Shown here one piece after another: positions 51,001 through 64,000 of a stretch of 64,000 bases of DNA; within the stretch, counting starts at the first letter, position 1, and every line of letters begins with the position of its first letter. The notes beneath the pieces were generated by a model. It saw nothing but the letters and a program-made list of their open reading frames with translations, was not told where the DNA came from and searched no databases. The position numbers and the translations under genes were made by a program. Source of the stretch: Dipteris shenzhenensis. Its lineage: Eukaryota. Location: the NCBI GenBank assembly GCA_047967505.1, contig CM106538.1; one strand, 5' to 3'.

Positions 51001-52526
51001 TCCTACACATTGCACAAACAAACTCCAACACGAAATGCATGCATTCCTAGTTCTAGTCCCTTGTTGGCGTCCCCACAGTTCTTCTAAAAGGACTGGACTA
51101 CCAGCACAAGAGGGTGAGCAGAAATCCCCTTGCTCATCTATAAAAGTGCCCACTTGGCCCCCTCCCTCTCTATTCCAATGAAGCCGCTGAAGGCATGCAG
51201 AGGAGAGGGGTCCATAGCAGATTAGGAGCAGTCACCGACACTTGAGTGTGCTCAGTTTTGCAGCCATGTGGGCTGTAGATAAACAAGCGGTTGGCTGCCT
51301 ACATGTGGAACACCTTTTGTACTTGATCAGTCCACGCATTGTGGCACATGATAATCACATTTTGCCTTGCCTATCTTGCTGTGTATATTCCAGAATCTGA
51401 GTGTAATCTTCATGAGTGAGATCCAGAGTCAGTGAGATACTTGGAACCACATATTTTGCTGTGGGGGTAGCTAGAGACATGCTTCCATGTTCTCTAATAG
51501 AGATAAACTACTTTGCTGCATGAAGACATGCTCATGTAGTACCACCACCTCTAACTACCTATAGATCAGAGCATAACCACTCATACAGGCTGTTGTGGAA
51601 TGTGAGTGATTGTTAGAGTTCAGTAATCCACCCTTTGGAAACCTAGTCGATTCACAGTGGAGGGCAACACCAAGTGCGCAGTTAAAGGAATAGATAGTTG
51701 TTACATCAATAATAGTGTGGCGTGACATTACCCTACCCTCCTCCCCCCCCTGCGGGGTGTCTTGGGTTAGGAAACTAGGAGACTAGGCATTGCTCACAAG
51801 CAGTGCCTAGCTAGTACTATATGTGCTTAGAGTCCTAAGTGGTAGCAGTCAATTAGTATGTGACCACTGGGATGGAGGTGATAGTGGATGCCTCTCGACA
51901 TTGCTAGTAGAGCAAGGTGGTATCATACGTGGGCATGAATACTGGTACGTGCGTCATATGGGGAAAAATTTTAAGATGGTGTACACCAAGTATGTCCCCT
52001 TTGTAAATTATTATTTTTTTCCCAGAGGGAGGGATGGATAGAGAGATAGAGAGGCATTGTCATGGGATAGAAGAACATCATTTTCTTTACAGGTGAAAAT
52101 TTATTATTATTGTTTAATTACTTCCTTTTTTCCTTATTGCATTAAGGAGTCACTATCCACCCCAATCGTAACTTTGGGGTGGAAATCTTGGAGTTGGTTA
52201 ACAGAGGCCCAACCCACAATACCATGGTTAGGTGACTTGTTCTGTTAAGGCAGGCCTACACTATTTGGGTTAGGACCTATGATGTCATTGGGATGATTGG
52301 CAGGTACCACTAGTACACACCTCCGCCTACACGTGTCTCCAACCGCCAAAACTCGGGGCTAGATAGCATACCCTGGTGCACCCAAATTGGGTATAGGTTT
52401 TGGTGGGTGTGCCAATATCTTGGAATTGACGGATAAATACCAACACAATCCACATGGTGGCAAGACTCGAGGTTACACGTCCTTTTAGGGGAAACCTCAA
52501 CAAGAATGTGCACTAATTGCACGTTT

Positions 52527-54362
52527 TGTAACACCTCCCAGTGCACATGAAAGTCAATTTAAACAAAGGACACTACGGGGAAGTTCTTAAGGAGCATTGA
52601 GTTCCAGATACCTGACAGGGACCAGTCGGCCAACTTGCTATTTCTGGCCAGTGGCCATTAAATGAAATAGCCAAGGTATTTGCACTAACCAGTCTTCCCC
52701 CTAGACATATGAAGAGGCATTAAGGCTACTCATGACTTGGGTGATGCATCAGAGCTCTTTAATTTACTCTAATATATTCTTAGTAAATAGAGTAAGGAAA
52801 TCAAGTTGGAGCATTTTGAAGATCAGGATACCATGACTAAGAGCTCCACTAGGCAAACATTTTATTCCAAAGAGGAGCAATTTCAAAATACCTTTTCTTT
52901 GAAATCAAAGGTTGGCAATCTCAAAGGCCCATGGGACATTGAAAGAACCTTACAAGAGAGGAGATTGGGGGAACTGCAACACAAGCCAAAAATTCGCCCA
53001 CACATGGGACAAGTGTTTGGCACCCTACCTCCACCTCAACTCACCTGCTCTCCTATAAAAGAACCCCCCCACAGCCCATCCTCTCAACACAGATCCTACA
53101 TCCCATTCCCGCTGCTGCACCTTGCTGCTCCCCTCTGCTTCCTCTTCATGCCCTGCTGGACACCTTCCACAACCCTGCTGCTGCAAATCATGGATTTCTG
53201 TGAAAATCAAGCTCTTTCTACACTGCTGCACACTGTCCAACACTCTGAAATCCAGCAGCCCATCAGATCGCAATCTAACTTGGAGGACAAGCTCTCTGCA
53301 CGCTGCTGCATATTGTCCAACGCTGCTCTGCAATCCAGCAGCCCATCAGATCGCAATCTACCTTGGAGGACAAGCCCTCTCTAAGCTGCTAGGTCTAGAC
53401 CACCGCAGAGAGTCAGCCAGTCTTGAAGTCCAGACGTGTGTCCCATACCACATGCCCTTTCCTCTAGCTGCTGCTCCCAGGATAAGCACATCAACGTCCA
53501 GAGGAAAGCACTCCTTCGACCCCTGATAATGAGGCCCTGGCCTATACTTAAAGACCAGCCTTCATGCCCCGGCTATCCTTAGCTGTGAGCCTATACTTTA
53601 GCATGCATGCGTAAAGTAAATTACTTTACCATGTGGCCATCCTTTGCCAAGTAAAGCTCAACCATGCCTTGCCTTTAGCCGGCTAGCTCTATTCACAGGG
53701 TCTAGACCTCACCTTTGCTAGCTCTAGTCTCAACCCTAGGTTAATTCCTAACCGTGGGTTTTAGTCAGGCCTAGGCTTTGATAAGCCTATACCCTAGTTA
53801 GTCCAGTCGTGGATGTAACATCCTTCTTCTCTTAAAATAAGATTTATGCTGACATAAATCGAGGTAGGAGAGATAAATCTGTGATTCTTAGACTATACTT
53901 CTCAATACGTCGAGCCACCCCAAAGCCTAAGGTCTAGACCACTGCAGAGAGCCAGCCAGCCTCGAAGTCCAGACATGCGTCTCATACCACATGCCCTTTC
54001 CTCTAGCTGCTGCTCCCAAGCCAGTAGGTCAATGTCCAGAGGATAGCACTCCTCCAACCCCTGACAATGATGCCCTAGCCTGTACTTATAGATCAGGCCC
54101 AGGCTATCTTTAGCTGTGAGCCTATACTTTAGCATGCATGTGTAAAGTAACTTTACTTTGTGGCCACCCTTTGCCAACTATAGCTCAGCCATGCCTTGCC
54201 TTCTCTATCCACAGGATCTAGACCTCACTTTTGCTAGCTTTGGTCTCAACCCTAGGTTATTCCTAGCTCCAGGTTAGACCACACTCTAACCTTAAATCTA
54301 ATTCTAGATCCCAGGTCAGGCCTAGGCTTTGATAAGGCTGTACCCTAGTCGTGGACATAACA
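52527..54362 (-). mobile_element. Pair of related LTR-like repeats (about 53390-53820 and 53928-54362) separated by a PPT-bearing spacer
   Basis: Both begin TGTTA on the minus strand; AAGAGAAGAAGGA precedes the left copy. Left boundary (52527) is tentative and no TSD was found. Confidence 0.6.
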
Positions 54363-55483
54363 CTACGCTCCCACATTTACGAGGCTGTTTGGAGAAGGCT
54401 GCTTGCTCACACAATGACTTCTACTCCCTGCGAAAAGCAGGCTGCCTGGAGCTAATCTACAGCATGTTGCTTTCAGAAACTCCATATCATGGCTGCTGTT
54501 GTCAGGGTAGGTGAGTTCATTTCCGTCTCTGTTTCTACTATGTAATTGTGTTGTCATTTTGAGGATGATTTCTTCCTTAAGCAAGGATGGCTTGTAACAT
54601 TAGTAGCTAATGGCATTCTAAATAGCTAGATCGTTTTCTGCAGATGGCTCTAGAGTTCTTACTTAAAGTAATTCTGAGCAAAGATATATGGCATTTGTTG
54701 GTGGTTATGTATATGTGCCATGTGGCATTGTCCCATATACAACTTACAGTTCTATAGTGAACAGCCACATGTCATGCATGTATTAATACCATAAACAAAC
54801 GAGTCCAGGTCCAATGCTATAATGGGAGGGGCTCATTTGCCACTCCATCTTGAAAATGGCATGCCGCTATTGCATTTTTCTGATATCACCAATCAAACTT
54901 CGATCTTTGTTTCTCTCTCTCCCTCTCCCCTCTACCCTCTAGCTGGCTGGCTGGGCTTTTGTTACGAAGGCACATCAAGAGGGGGAAGGGAAGCTCCAAA
55001 AGGATGCCAAGGCCCTCCCTCCTTTTATAGAGTTCTAGGAGAGGAATTGTCCCCCTAAGAAAAGGGCTGGCCTCTGGATAGAAAGTGGCCTGAATCATAG
55101 GCCCTTCTAGCCTGGGGAAACTTTCAGTGGGCTGTAAAACTTTCCCTTGGTTCTTGGTGGGCTGTGGAAATTTTCCCATGACCCCTATCCTGGCAATGAC
55201 AAGTTGATGCCATCTGCCAGCAAAAGCAATTACCGAGCAGGAGGATACATTTTGTGAAGACATGTGACACCTTAATACTTTCTTCATGCATACTACTTCA
55301 AAAGTAGCCTACTTTTCTTCACTCACTTATCTAAGCACATATCAGAAGGCTCAGAAACCAACAAAAAACATAGTCCAATGTCTTTCAGCAAATGTGAAGG
55401 ATGCAAAGAAACAAGCCTTACACGTACACAACATTTATAAAGTGGCAGCTATTGACCTTAAAGCATAGACATTTACAAATTCA

Positions 55484-55750
<267 letters not shown>

Positions 55751-55753
55751 TCA

Positions 55754-55978
<225 letters not shown>

Positions 55979-57087
55979 TCAGAAGGTTTAGACAGGTTAC
56001 TTATACTTCTTCCCTTCAGCAGCCAAAGTGTGCTAGCTTCTTGCAGAATTATAAAGTAAAATAGAAGCGAATGACATGAGGGTTCAACATAGTTCTCCCA
56101 TGCTTTATAGTTTTAACATGAATATTTACTTTCAGCATAACATTTCAAATGAATTTGAAATATCTACAAAGACAATCCTTAAGTCTTTCATTGCATTCTG
56201 CAATACTCTGGATTGAAAGGTGGGAATCAAACATTAAGAATGTAAAATGGCAACCACTCAGAATATCATCACACCATCAACACCGAATGCAAAGGTTAAA
56301 AAACCCAACTGTGGATCCTTGCAAGAATCATGAGCACTCTTTATGCTTTCCCTTGCAAACTGCAACATATGTGCAACCAATCAGCAGCAATGCCAACGTT
56401 GACATTCTATAAGCCCACTGTCCATGGGGGCTCTAGGCTTGCATCCGTACATCGAATGGACTGATTCGCGTGGTTGAATGCTATTGTAAGCAAACTCTGA
56501 CAGTTGAGGATACTCTCTGGGAGACATAAGCTCTCAGCATATCTTCAAGAGTCTACTGACCCTCAAAGGCATGAGCTGGAGGCTACTAGCGGTCTCCACT
56601 GCTTGCATGACTCACAAGCCATGCAGCAATGAAAAGCATGCCTACACAGCCTCTCCATTCCACGAAATCAAGATGACGAAGCAAGTCGCCGTACCAGTAT
56701 CCCAACGCCAGAACAGGTCAAGAAGACCTGCGCATAAGCTCAGCTAAAGCGTACCAGCAACACACAAGTTGCTGTGTTAGTCACACACAAACAAGACCAA
56801 GCACCTGTGAACAAATGTGAATCTGTTTTGCCAGCTCTGCCACCCAGACCTGAAATGTACAAGCATAGAAATCTTAGGTTTCTGCTCACAGTCACTCACA
56901 GCGTCAGCAAGGGAGTTTGCTTAGACGTATGCCTGCTATTCCAGCCTACACAGCCAGCCGACTAGGGGCATCACTAAACAGCCCGTAGCAGCCATATGTA
57001 TGTGTACAAAGGCACACAACACACACACAGGTACATACATATACACATACATGTGTATGTATGCATGTATGTGTGCATGCATCCGTG

Positions 57088-57118
<31 letters not shown>

Positions 57119-57121
57119 TGC

Positions 57122-59586
57122 TTGTGAAAGAGAGGAGGAGAGGAGTGGATCTCTGCCGTTCGTCGTCCTGCCAGCCTCCATACAGCCCTTTGCTGATTCT
57201 GTACAGGCCCACCTGCAGCTCCCAATGGCGGATTGTCCTTACGAGAAGACATTTCAGAAAGACAGATCAGTTCCAAATAAAAAACAAAAGCAGGTTATCG
57301 GTCAGGATGACCCCCTCCATGCCTCTACAGAGGCTCAGTTAGTCTATGCGTTGATGCATGAGGCCTTTGAAGACACTCAAAAGAGTTGGAAAGATCCGGT
57401 TCCCACCACGGGCATCATGGTTGAGGTGAATGACATTTTTGAAGGAATATGCCAAGCATGCCATCATTAATTCTTTTCCATGACGTATGCCTACTACTGC
57501 ATATGTTGGTAACTAGTTGACTAGAACCCTCGGTGGTTGCTATGTCAAAAAAGTTCATTATGCAGCAAGGGGCTTTTTTACAGTGATCATGGCAAAGAGC
57601 ACAGGCAGATTTTATTAGAGCACTCTCCTCTTTTCTATGGGCAGCAGATGGTTCATGTGTTGCCCTGGTCTCCTACCAGAGATTATCAGGCGTTGATCCA
57701 ACACAGATGCCCTATCTAGGTGGAAGTTGTGGACTATCCTCAATGTCTGGCCTCTCTTTTGCCAAAAATTACAGCCTCTTTTGCAAAGTGGTTTGTCCAC
57801 CACGGCCTAATGGCAATTCAAATAGATTTTGTGTTTTGTGGGACACATATAATCCAACCCCAGACTCTTATTCGGTTACAGTGAATAATGTTTCGATGGG
57901 CAGTGCCTTCTATAAACTGAAATGGAGTCTCTTTGCAGGTGCTTGCTTTGAATGCAAGAAGTTCGGGCATATGGCTTCGCAATGCCCTTCACGTAGTCCC
58001 AAAATGCAAGACTTCTACTGCCTCCTCTTTGATGAAGTTTAAGGGGGTGAAATAGTTTTTTGATGTCCAGGACAAAGGGAAAGCACCGGTTGCTTCCAAT
58101 GGTGATGCTCCTCCTTCTCTGCCTTCGGCCTCTCATCCTCAAGCAAAGGAAAAAACTTTGAATGAACCCCAAGAAAAGTCATCTCACCTAGGAGACCTTT
58201 GCCCTCCCGGACTTGGAATGGTGCTTCCTCTCAGGGAAAAACACCGGCTGAAAATTCTGTTATTGGTTTGACTTGGACTGCGGTGACTGCCAATCGTACC
58301 CTCTTTCTAGAAGAGGAAGTTACTGCCTTATTGTCTTCTCCTCAGGCTGAGTTTTCTTCTCAAGGCCGAGGCCCGAATACTGAGGTGGAAATGCAGACAT
58401 AGAAGGCATTTTTGCTGTTGTACATACCTGTCCTATATCTATAAATATGCTTGATCATCTCAAATGTGTCACTTTGAATGTACAGGGTTTTGTGTGATGG
58501 TTGAAAATGGAAACTGGTCTGGCTGTATATAAGCCAATTGCAGTCTGATATAGTGGCTTTACAAGAGCATAATCAGCATATGTATGCTGGTAAATCTAGA
58601 CATTTTGCTAGTTATGACATTTTCTATGCTGGAAAGCACTCTTTCTCTGGGTAGCCCTTTTGGTTAAGCATGATCTTCAGCCTATTGTGGCCTTCAATGA
58701 TCACCATGGTCAATGGATGATCATACAATGCCTTGTTTAAGGTGACGTCTTTGAATTTGCATCAGTATATGCTTCTCAATCTTCCGGGAATCGAGCTTTG
58801 ATTTGGGATGCTATGCACAAATATCCCTGGCAGCATTATGCTTTTATCTGTGGTGATCTCAATAATGCCCCACAACTGGGAGATAATACCTCAGGCCACA
58901 CTCACATGTTAGCTTTTGAAAAGCAAGCATGCTCTGATTTTTTGCTTCAGTTGTGTCTGGTTGATCTCTGGAAGGAATTGCAGCCCATGCTTCCGAGATA
59001 TACCTTTTAGCATAATGCTCAATCTTTATATCAGGCACGCTTGGACAGATGGTATCGGATTGATTCATAGCATTCTAAGATTGTGAAGCATGCCAAATAC
59101 ACTTGTCAAGAGTTTGACTGAACTCAGTCATCTTCGGCCTGTCTTCAGAAGAAAGCATGCTATTATGTCATACTAAATTCTGTCTCCAATCGAATGATCA
59201 AAGAAATATACCTTTGTAAGACTAGAATAAGTCCAATCATACAAATTTAGAATTTTTGTTGTTCTAAAGATCAAAAATCTACAAAGAAAATAAAAGAGAA
59301 AATGAAAGAGAAGAAAAAGAGGTAAACAATAACTTTTATGAAAAACAAAAGGAAGACATACTTAGCAAGCAAAGCAACACTTATGTCGTCATCAGTGCCC
59401 AAGCATAAGCAGCTATACTGGGTTTCTAAAGACCCGTGGAGTCTCTTGGGCAAACCCAGTGCTTACTAAAATACGTCAAATAAACAAAAGAGAATGAAAA
59501 CAAGAAATAAAGAAGAAACGAAGCAGGTGACTTAAGCAAAAATAAACAAGCAAGTCAAGAAACAAAAACTTCCAAAAAACTAGAAA

Positions 59587-59623
<37 letters not shown>

Positions 59624-62600
59624 TCTCTTATTTAAAACATGAAAAGCTAAATGGCCCTTTACACTTATGTCTCGTTTCTTCTACAAAGAGGCAAAAATAC
59701 ATTTCTAACTTAGAAAGCACAAGTATACTCAAACAAACTCTCTTTTGAAACTAAAAGAAAAACGGGCTATTCAGCGCCCCGCTTTTTGTTTTCAGCTTAT
59801 GTTCAATCATTCTAAACAAACCTAAGGCCGAAACACCATAGATAAAAGACTTCATATCTAAAAATGTGTGAACTTTTTTCATTATTTTCCTTGGATTATA
59901 TCTCTTTTGTAATAGTAAAGTGATCAAATTACTACATTGAGTGATAAAAGACTCCTTAGTTGTACAAAGGCGGGAAAATCTATGGAATTGGGAAGAAATG
60001 ACTCCATATTTTGCCAAATCAGAAATGTTTGAGTCAATGTGAGGCATTTTTATAATGTGTAAACCACTATATTCAAGTTGTTCACGTTTATCGTATATAT
60101 CAACCTCTAATCCTATGGTAGATTGAGAAAGTCTAAGATCTAAGAAAACACAAGAATCCCCTCTTGAAGTGCAGTTCAGTTCACAAGAATGATCAAAGAA
60201 AGCTTGCTAAATGGGAGACCCGATCTTGGCAAAGGGCTTTTTTCGATAAAGGTTGCTCTTCCAAGCAATTCTTTACAAGTTTGCATTACAAAAGACAAGC
60301 TGCCAATATTTGTCGGATCCGGATGCCTCATGGTTCTTGGTCCTCATCTCGCTCAAAGCTTGCTGCTTTTTGTGTGCAGCACTTTTCATCTCATTTTGGG
60401 CATGTGGACATTCTTTCTCCTCAGGTTGTGTCTGCCAGCCAGCTTCTTTTGCAACATGTCCATCCCATTCTCTCTTATGCTCAGACTTTGGAATTGGAAA
60501 TTCCTTTCAAATTCCTTTCACTGAAAGAGAATTGTCAAATGCTGTTCAATCCTGTGGCAGACGGAAATCTCCAAGATGGGATGGTCTCACTGTTGAATTT
60601 TTTCTTGCCTTCTGGGATATCCTCAAGCCTTCTTTGCTGCAAATGGTTAATTCAGCCTGGGAAAATCAGCAAAGGCCTGTGTCATGGAAAAAGGACTTGT
60701 TAAGCTCCTTCCAAAAAAGCAGCTATGTGATTCGCTCACTGATTTGAGACCAATAACGCTCATGCCAGTCATTTACAAAATCATAGCCAAAATGGTTGTT
60801 GATCGTATTAAAGGTTATTTGCATGATGGGTTGCATCCTTCGCAATATGGCTTCGTTCTCCATAGGCATATCACAAATAATATTGCCAATGCTTATATTG
60901 GGATTGAATATGCCAAATACACCCAACAGGATGTTCTACTCTTGCAGGTGGATATTACAAAAGCCATTGATACAGTTCAATGGGAATTCATCTCGCAAAC
61001 AATGCAAGCTTTGGGGTTTGGAACAAAAATGCAGTAGGTTCTTTACTGGCTTTACAGCTTGCATTCTTTCAAGAGATCTCTCTGATGAGTGCACTCTTCG
61101 TTGTTCGGTCCGTCAGGGATGTCCCCTTAGTGCTTTACCTTAGTGCTTTATTGTATGCCATTGCTACCCATCCTATGCTGCAATATATTGATCATCTCAT
61201 GGCTACAGGCTCCCTCCATGGTTTGGAATTAGATGCACATCGTAGCATAGTTGCTCAAGCCTATGCCGATGATTCTTTCTTTACCCCGAAGAATACGCAG
61301 AATGATCTTTTTGCTTTGATGCAGGCTCTCTGTGTTTATGGTTTGGCAGCTGGTCTTCATGTAAATTTTCAAAAGTCTAAGCTGCTCCCATTGCATTCTA
61401 AAGACTGGCATAGTCTTTTGTGGCCCGAGAAAATCATATCACCTACTCAGATTGTTCGTCATCTTGGTTACCCTTTGGGGTGGGGTCTCACTCGTCGTCA
61501 ACAAACTGATTGGGTGATGGTCAAGCTTCGGAAAAAGCTAGAGTATTGGAAATTGCCTTTGCATGTTCGGCTTCGGATAGTGCAATCCATCCTTGTGGCT
61601 TATATTCAATTTTATTTGCCTTTGATCATGTTCACCAAGGCAGATCTTGCTTCTTTCATGTCTGTCATTATGGAAATCTTCTGTCATTCCAAACATGGCA
61701 GAAAAAGTCTCAGGCTGCTTTTAGTGCATCAACTTTGTTCTCCTAAGATGCATAGTGGTTTGAACATCACGAATATCCACGTGCATATCCTTGCTCACAG
61801 GGGAAAAATGTTGCTGTAATTTCTGCAAGGTGATCAACCTTGGGCTCTTATGATTAGATCTCTGGTCACACTATCAGTGTTTCTGCCTTTGGTCACTGGC
61901 AAATCAATCTGCGATTTCTTATTTGGTTGCATCGATGGCACTTTGCCTGGCTGCCCTTTGGTCTCCAATTTGCTTCTTGATTGGAAGCACGTCCTCTCTC
62001 ATCTGGAATGGCATGGTCGACAATCTTTGCTGGGTAATTCTTTGCGAGCTGAAAGCATTTACTGGTTGACAGTTTTTCAGTCTCCACTGGCTTTATAAAA
62101 ACCTCGTTGTTCCTCCTTTGTTTCTTTTAAGGGCATCACTTCTGTTGCTAATGTTATTCATGATGATGGCTCTGTGCTACCTTTTCTCTGGCAGCTACAC
62201 GGTATGGCTTGGGCTCTCATTATCGTGCTTTGTGGCAACAAATTGCTTATATGCTTTCGCCTTTTGTTCTGATTCCTCCTTTGGAACTTTAGAACAGGTT
62301 GGAGGATTGAACTTTGACTTCCCCAGGGTCCTCTTCTCGCCCTTTGAGGCTATCTCAGATTACGATGCCTGTATTGTATAAAATCCTTTTGCCGCAACCT
62401 TGGGTTTCAGAAAAAGACAATTCTATTTGGCGAATGCATCGCCCATCCAAGTGGTGGAGAAAGAGATTATAGCAACTTTGGGCCTACAAAGATCCTCTTC
62501 AGCAACAGGTTTTCTTCTGTCGAGTGCTTCTTGGCATTTTTCCATCTCGATAGATGTTGGCTCATAGACACATTGCTCCTACTCATTGCCACGGATGTTT

Positions 62601-63039
62601 GATTTCTCAGGAGACTATGCCTAATTTATTCTGGTTATGTCCATGTTCTTGTGGGGTTCTTGTGAGTTCATTGATCTTCTTCGGCAACGCCTACGAGCAA
62701 GATTCCCGACTATTCCTTTTGGGAAGTCTTTCTGGCTCTTTGGTTTTCATCCACCCAGACCGGAGTTTCATCTTTTCTTTGTTTGGGTTCGCTATTGGGC
62801 ACTCTGGACTTTATGGACAGACAGGAACTGTAAAGTCTTTGGTGATCCTGTATTTTCCTTGTTTGGCTTTTTTAAGCGTTCTCTGCAGCAATCCTTCTTT
62901 GATTGCTTGCAGACACGCTGCATAGATCATGATGTATATCTAGCATACACTGAGATTTTCAGCTGATGTAATTTTGGATGCCTCGTTTGGAGGTCGCTAC
63001 TCTTGTAATATAATCAATCAAAGGTTTTCACTGAAAAAA
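57122..63039 (+). mobile_element. L1-clade LINE, near full length, degenerate (ORF1 + ORF2)
   Basis: ORF1 with CFECKKFGHMASQCP; APE endonuclease TLNVQG, ICGDLN; RT RPITL, RQGCPLS, AYADD; zf-RVT near 62560-62650; short A tail. Candidate TSD GTGTGTGC (57114-57121, 63040-63047). Confidence 0.93.
59207..60186 (-). mobile_element. Penelope-like retroelement, copy 2 (3' 1 kb only)
   Basis: Same 3' end and RT C-terminus as copy 1 (6 differences in the last 98 aa). 15-bp TSD GAATGATCAAAGAAA (59192-59206, 60187-60201). Inserted in LINE ORF2. Confidence 0.92.
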
Positions 63040-63087
63040 GTGTGTGCGCATGGTGCACACACACGTGTGCGCACACACACACGTGCA

Positions 63088-63263
63088 TACATACATATGT
63101 ATGTGTATATGTATAAGCACTCCACTACTGAATTCAATGTTGAATTCTCAGTTTTGGGAGATAGGTTAGATTTACTACATACATATGTATGTGTATATGT
63201 ATAAGCACTCCACTGCTGAATTCAATGTTGAATTCTCAGTTTTGGGAGATAGGTTAGATTTAC
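63088..63263. repeat. 88-bp tandem duplication
   Basis: Two near-identical units, each containing the near-palindrome gaattcaatgttgaattc. Confidence 0.92.
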
Positions 63264-63699
63264 TACTAGTTGGCCCCTATATACCTAGATGAATCCAGGA
63301 ACATTCCCACACTCATCCTCTAAAAATACAACATAGTGCAGTTTCAATCTCACGATAGTCACTCATAAGATTGAAAACCATAAACTCAATCACCCATAGC
63401 AGGAACTATGACATCCCCATTGACGTCATCAACGCCCAACAGTGGGTGTAGACCATAGTATAAAAATATGCTCTATTGAGTTTCTGTCAGCACTCCGAAG
63501 GTGAAGGGCAGACTCAGCCATGACGAAGGCTGGTTGGCCCCTACACTAGGGCTGGTCAGCCTGTTTTGAGAGAGGAGGCAGCCTGCCCCACTCTCTCTTA
63601 TACATAGTGGCTGTTTGCCACTCTTCTGAAACCTCCATACAAGGCATGCAGGAGAGGAAAATCACCATCATTTGTATGATTCCATTGCTTTAGTTTTCC

Positions 63700-63813
63700 A
63701 GACTGGTCAATGATTGTCGTATGATATCTAGGGTAGCAAAGATTACATTCTATTGTATTTGGGAGACAAGACTGGTCAATGATTGTCATATGATATCTAG
63801 GACAACAAAGATT
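63700..63813. repeat. Short direct repeat (about 45 bp x2)
   Basis: agactggtcaatgattgtc.tatgatatctagg...caaagatt at about 63700 and 63769. Confidence 0.85.
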
Positions 63814-64000
63814 TTACAATTACAAGAAAAAGTTTCATTTCTCAACTCCTAACTCTTCTACATTATATATACTATGACACGTCAATTGACTCACAAGGAT
63901 TAAGACTTAACTCTTACGGAGTCACACCTTTGTGTTAGAAAATAGACAGCTGCTTGCTTAAGCCAACTCCCCACAGCAGAAGACTTGTTCTAAGGTTCAC

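Larger units (their letters stand above)
37690..51727 (-). mobile_element. LTR retroelement remnant: LTR 50539-51727, PBS 50527-50538, internal sequence split by the hAT insertion
   Basis: LTR bounded by TGTCA...TGACA; minus-strand TGGTATCAAAGC follows. Sequence either side of the hAT is continuous (shared ctgtccacgcct...ccttcttcc repeats). The other end was not found. Confidence 0.65.

Overview
Repeat-dense land-plant genomic DNA. A seed-free vascular plant such as a fern is my guess from the element spectrum and microsatellite load, not established. Two host genes lie on the minus strand. One is an intact 4-exon STP hexose/H+ symporter (13401-15231). The other is the last three coding exons of the 3'-end-processing factor CFIm25 (55814-55900, 55541-55651, 29573-29641), whose final intron is about 25.9 kb of nested transposons. 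The rest is Ty1/copia, Ty3/gypsy (including a chromovirus), hAT, L1-like LINE, a Sola2-like transposase fragment, a divergent histone-H3-fold pseudogene and microsatellites. The most interesting feature is two copies of a young Penelope-like retroelement with Naiad/Chlamys-type RT motifs (45352-48089 with an uninterrupted 735-codon frame; 59207-60186). Both have 13-15 bp target-site duplications, a variable (TA)n tail and 5' truncation. Both carry a conserved 3'-UTR RNA fold in which hammerhead core motifs sit in a non-canonical, pseudoknotted order. The second candidate system is a Sola2-like transposon that appears to carry the H3/CENH3-like gene. All calls were made by eye with no database searches or folding programs.
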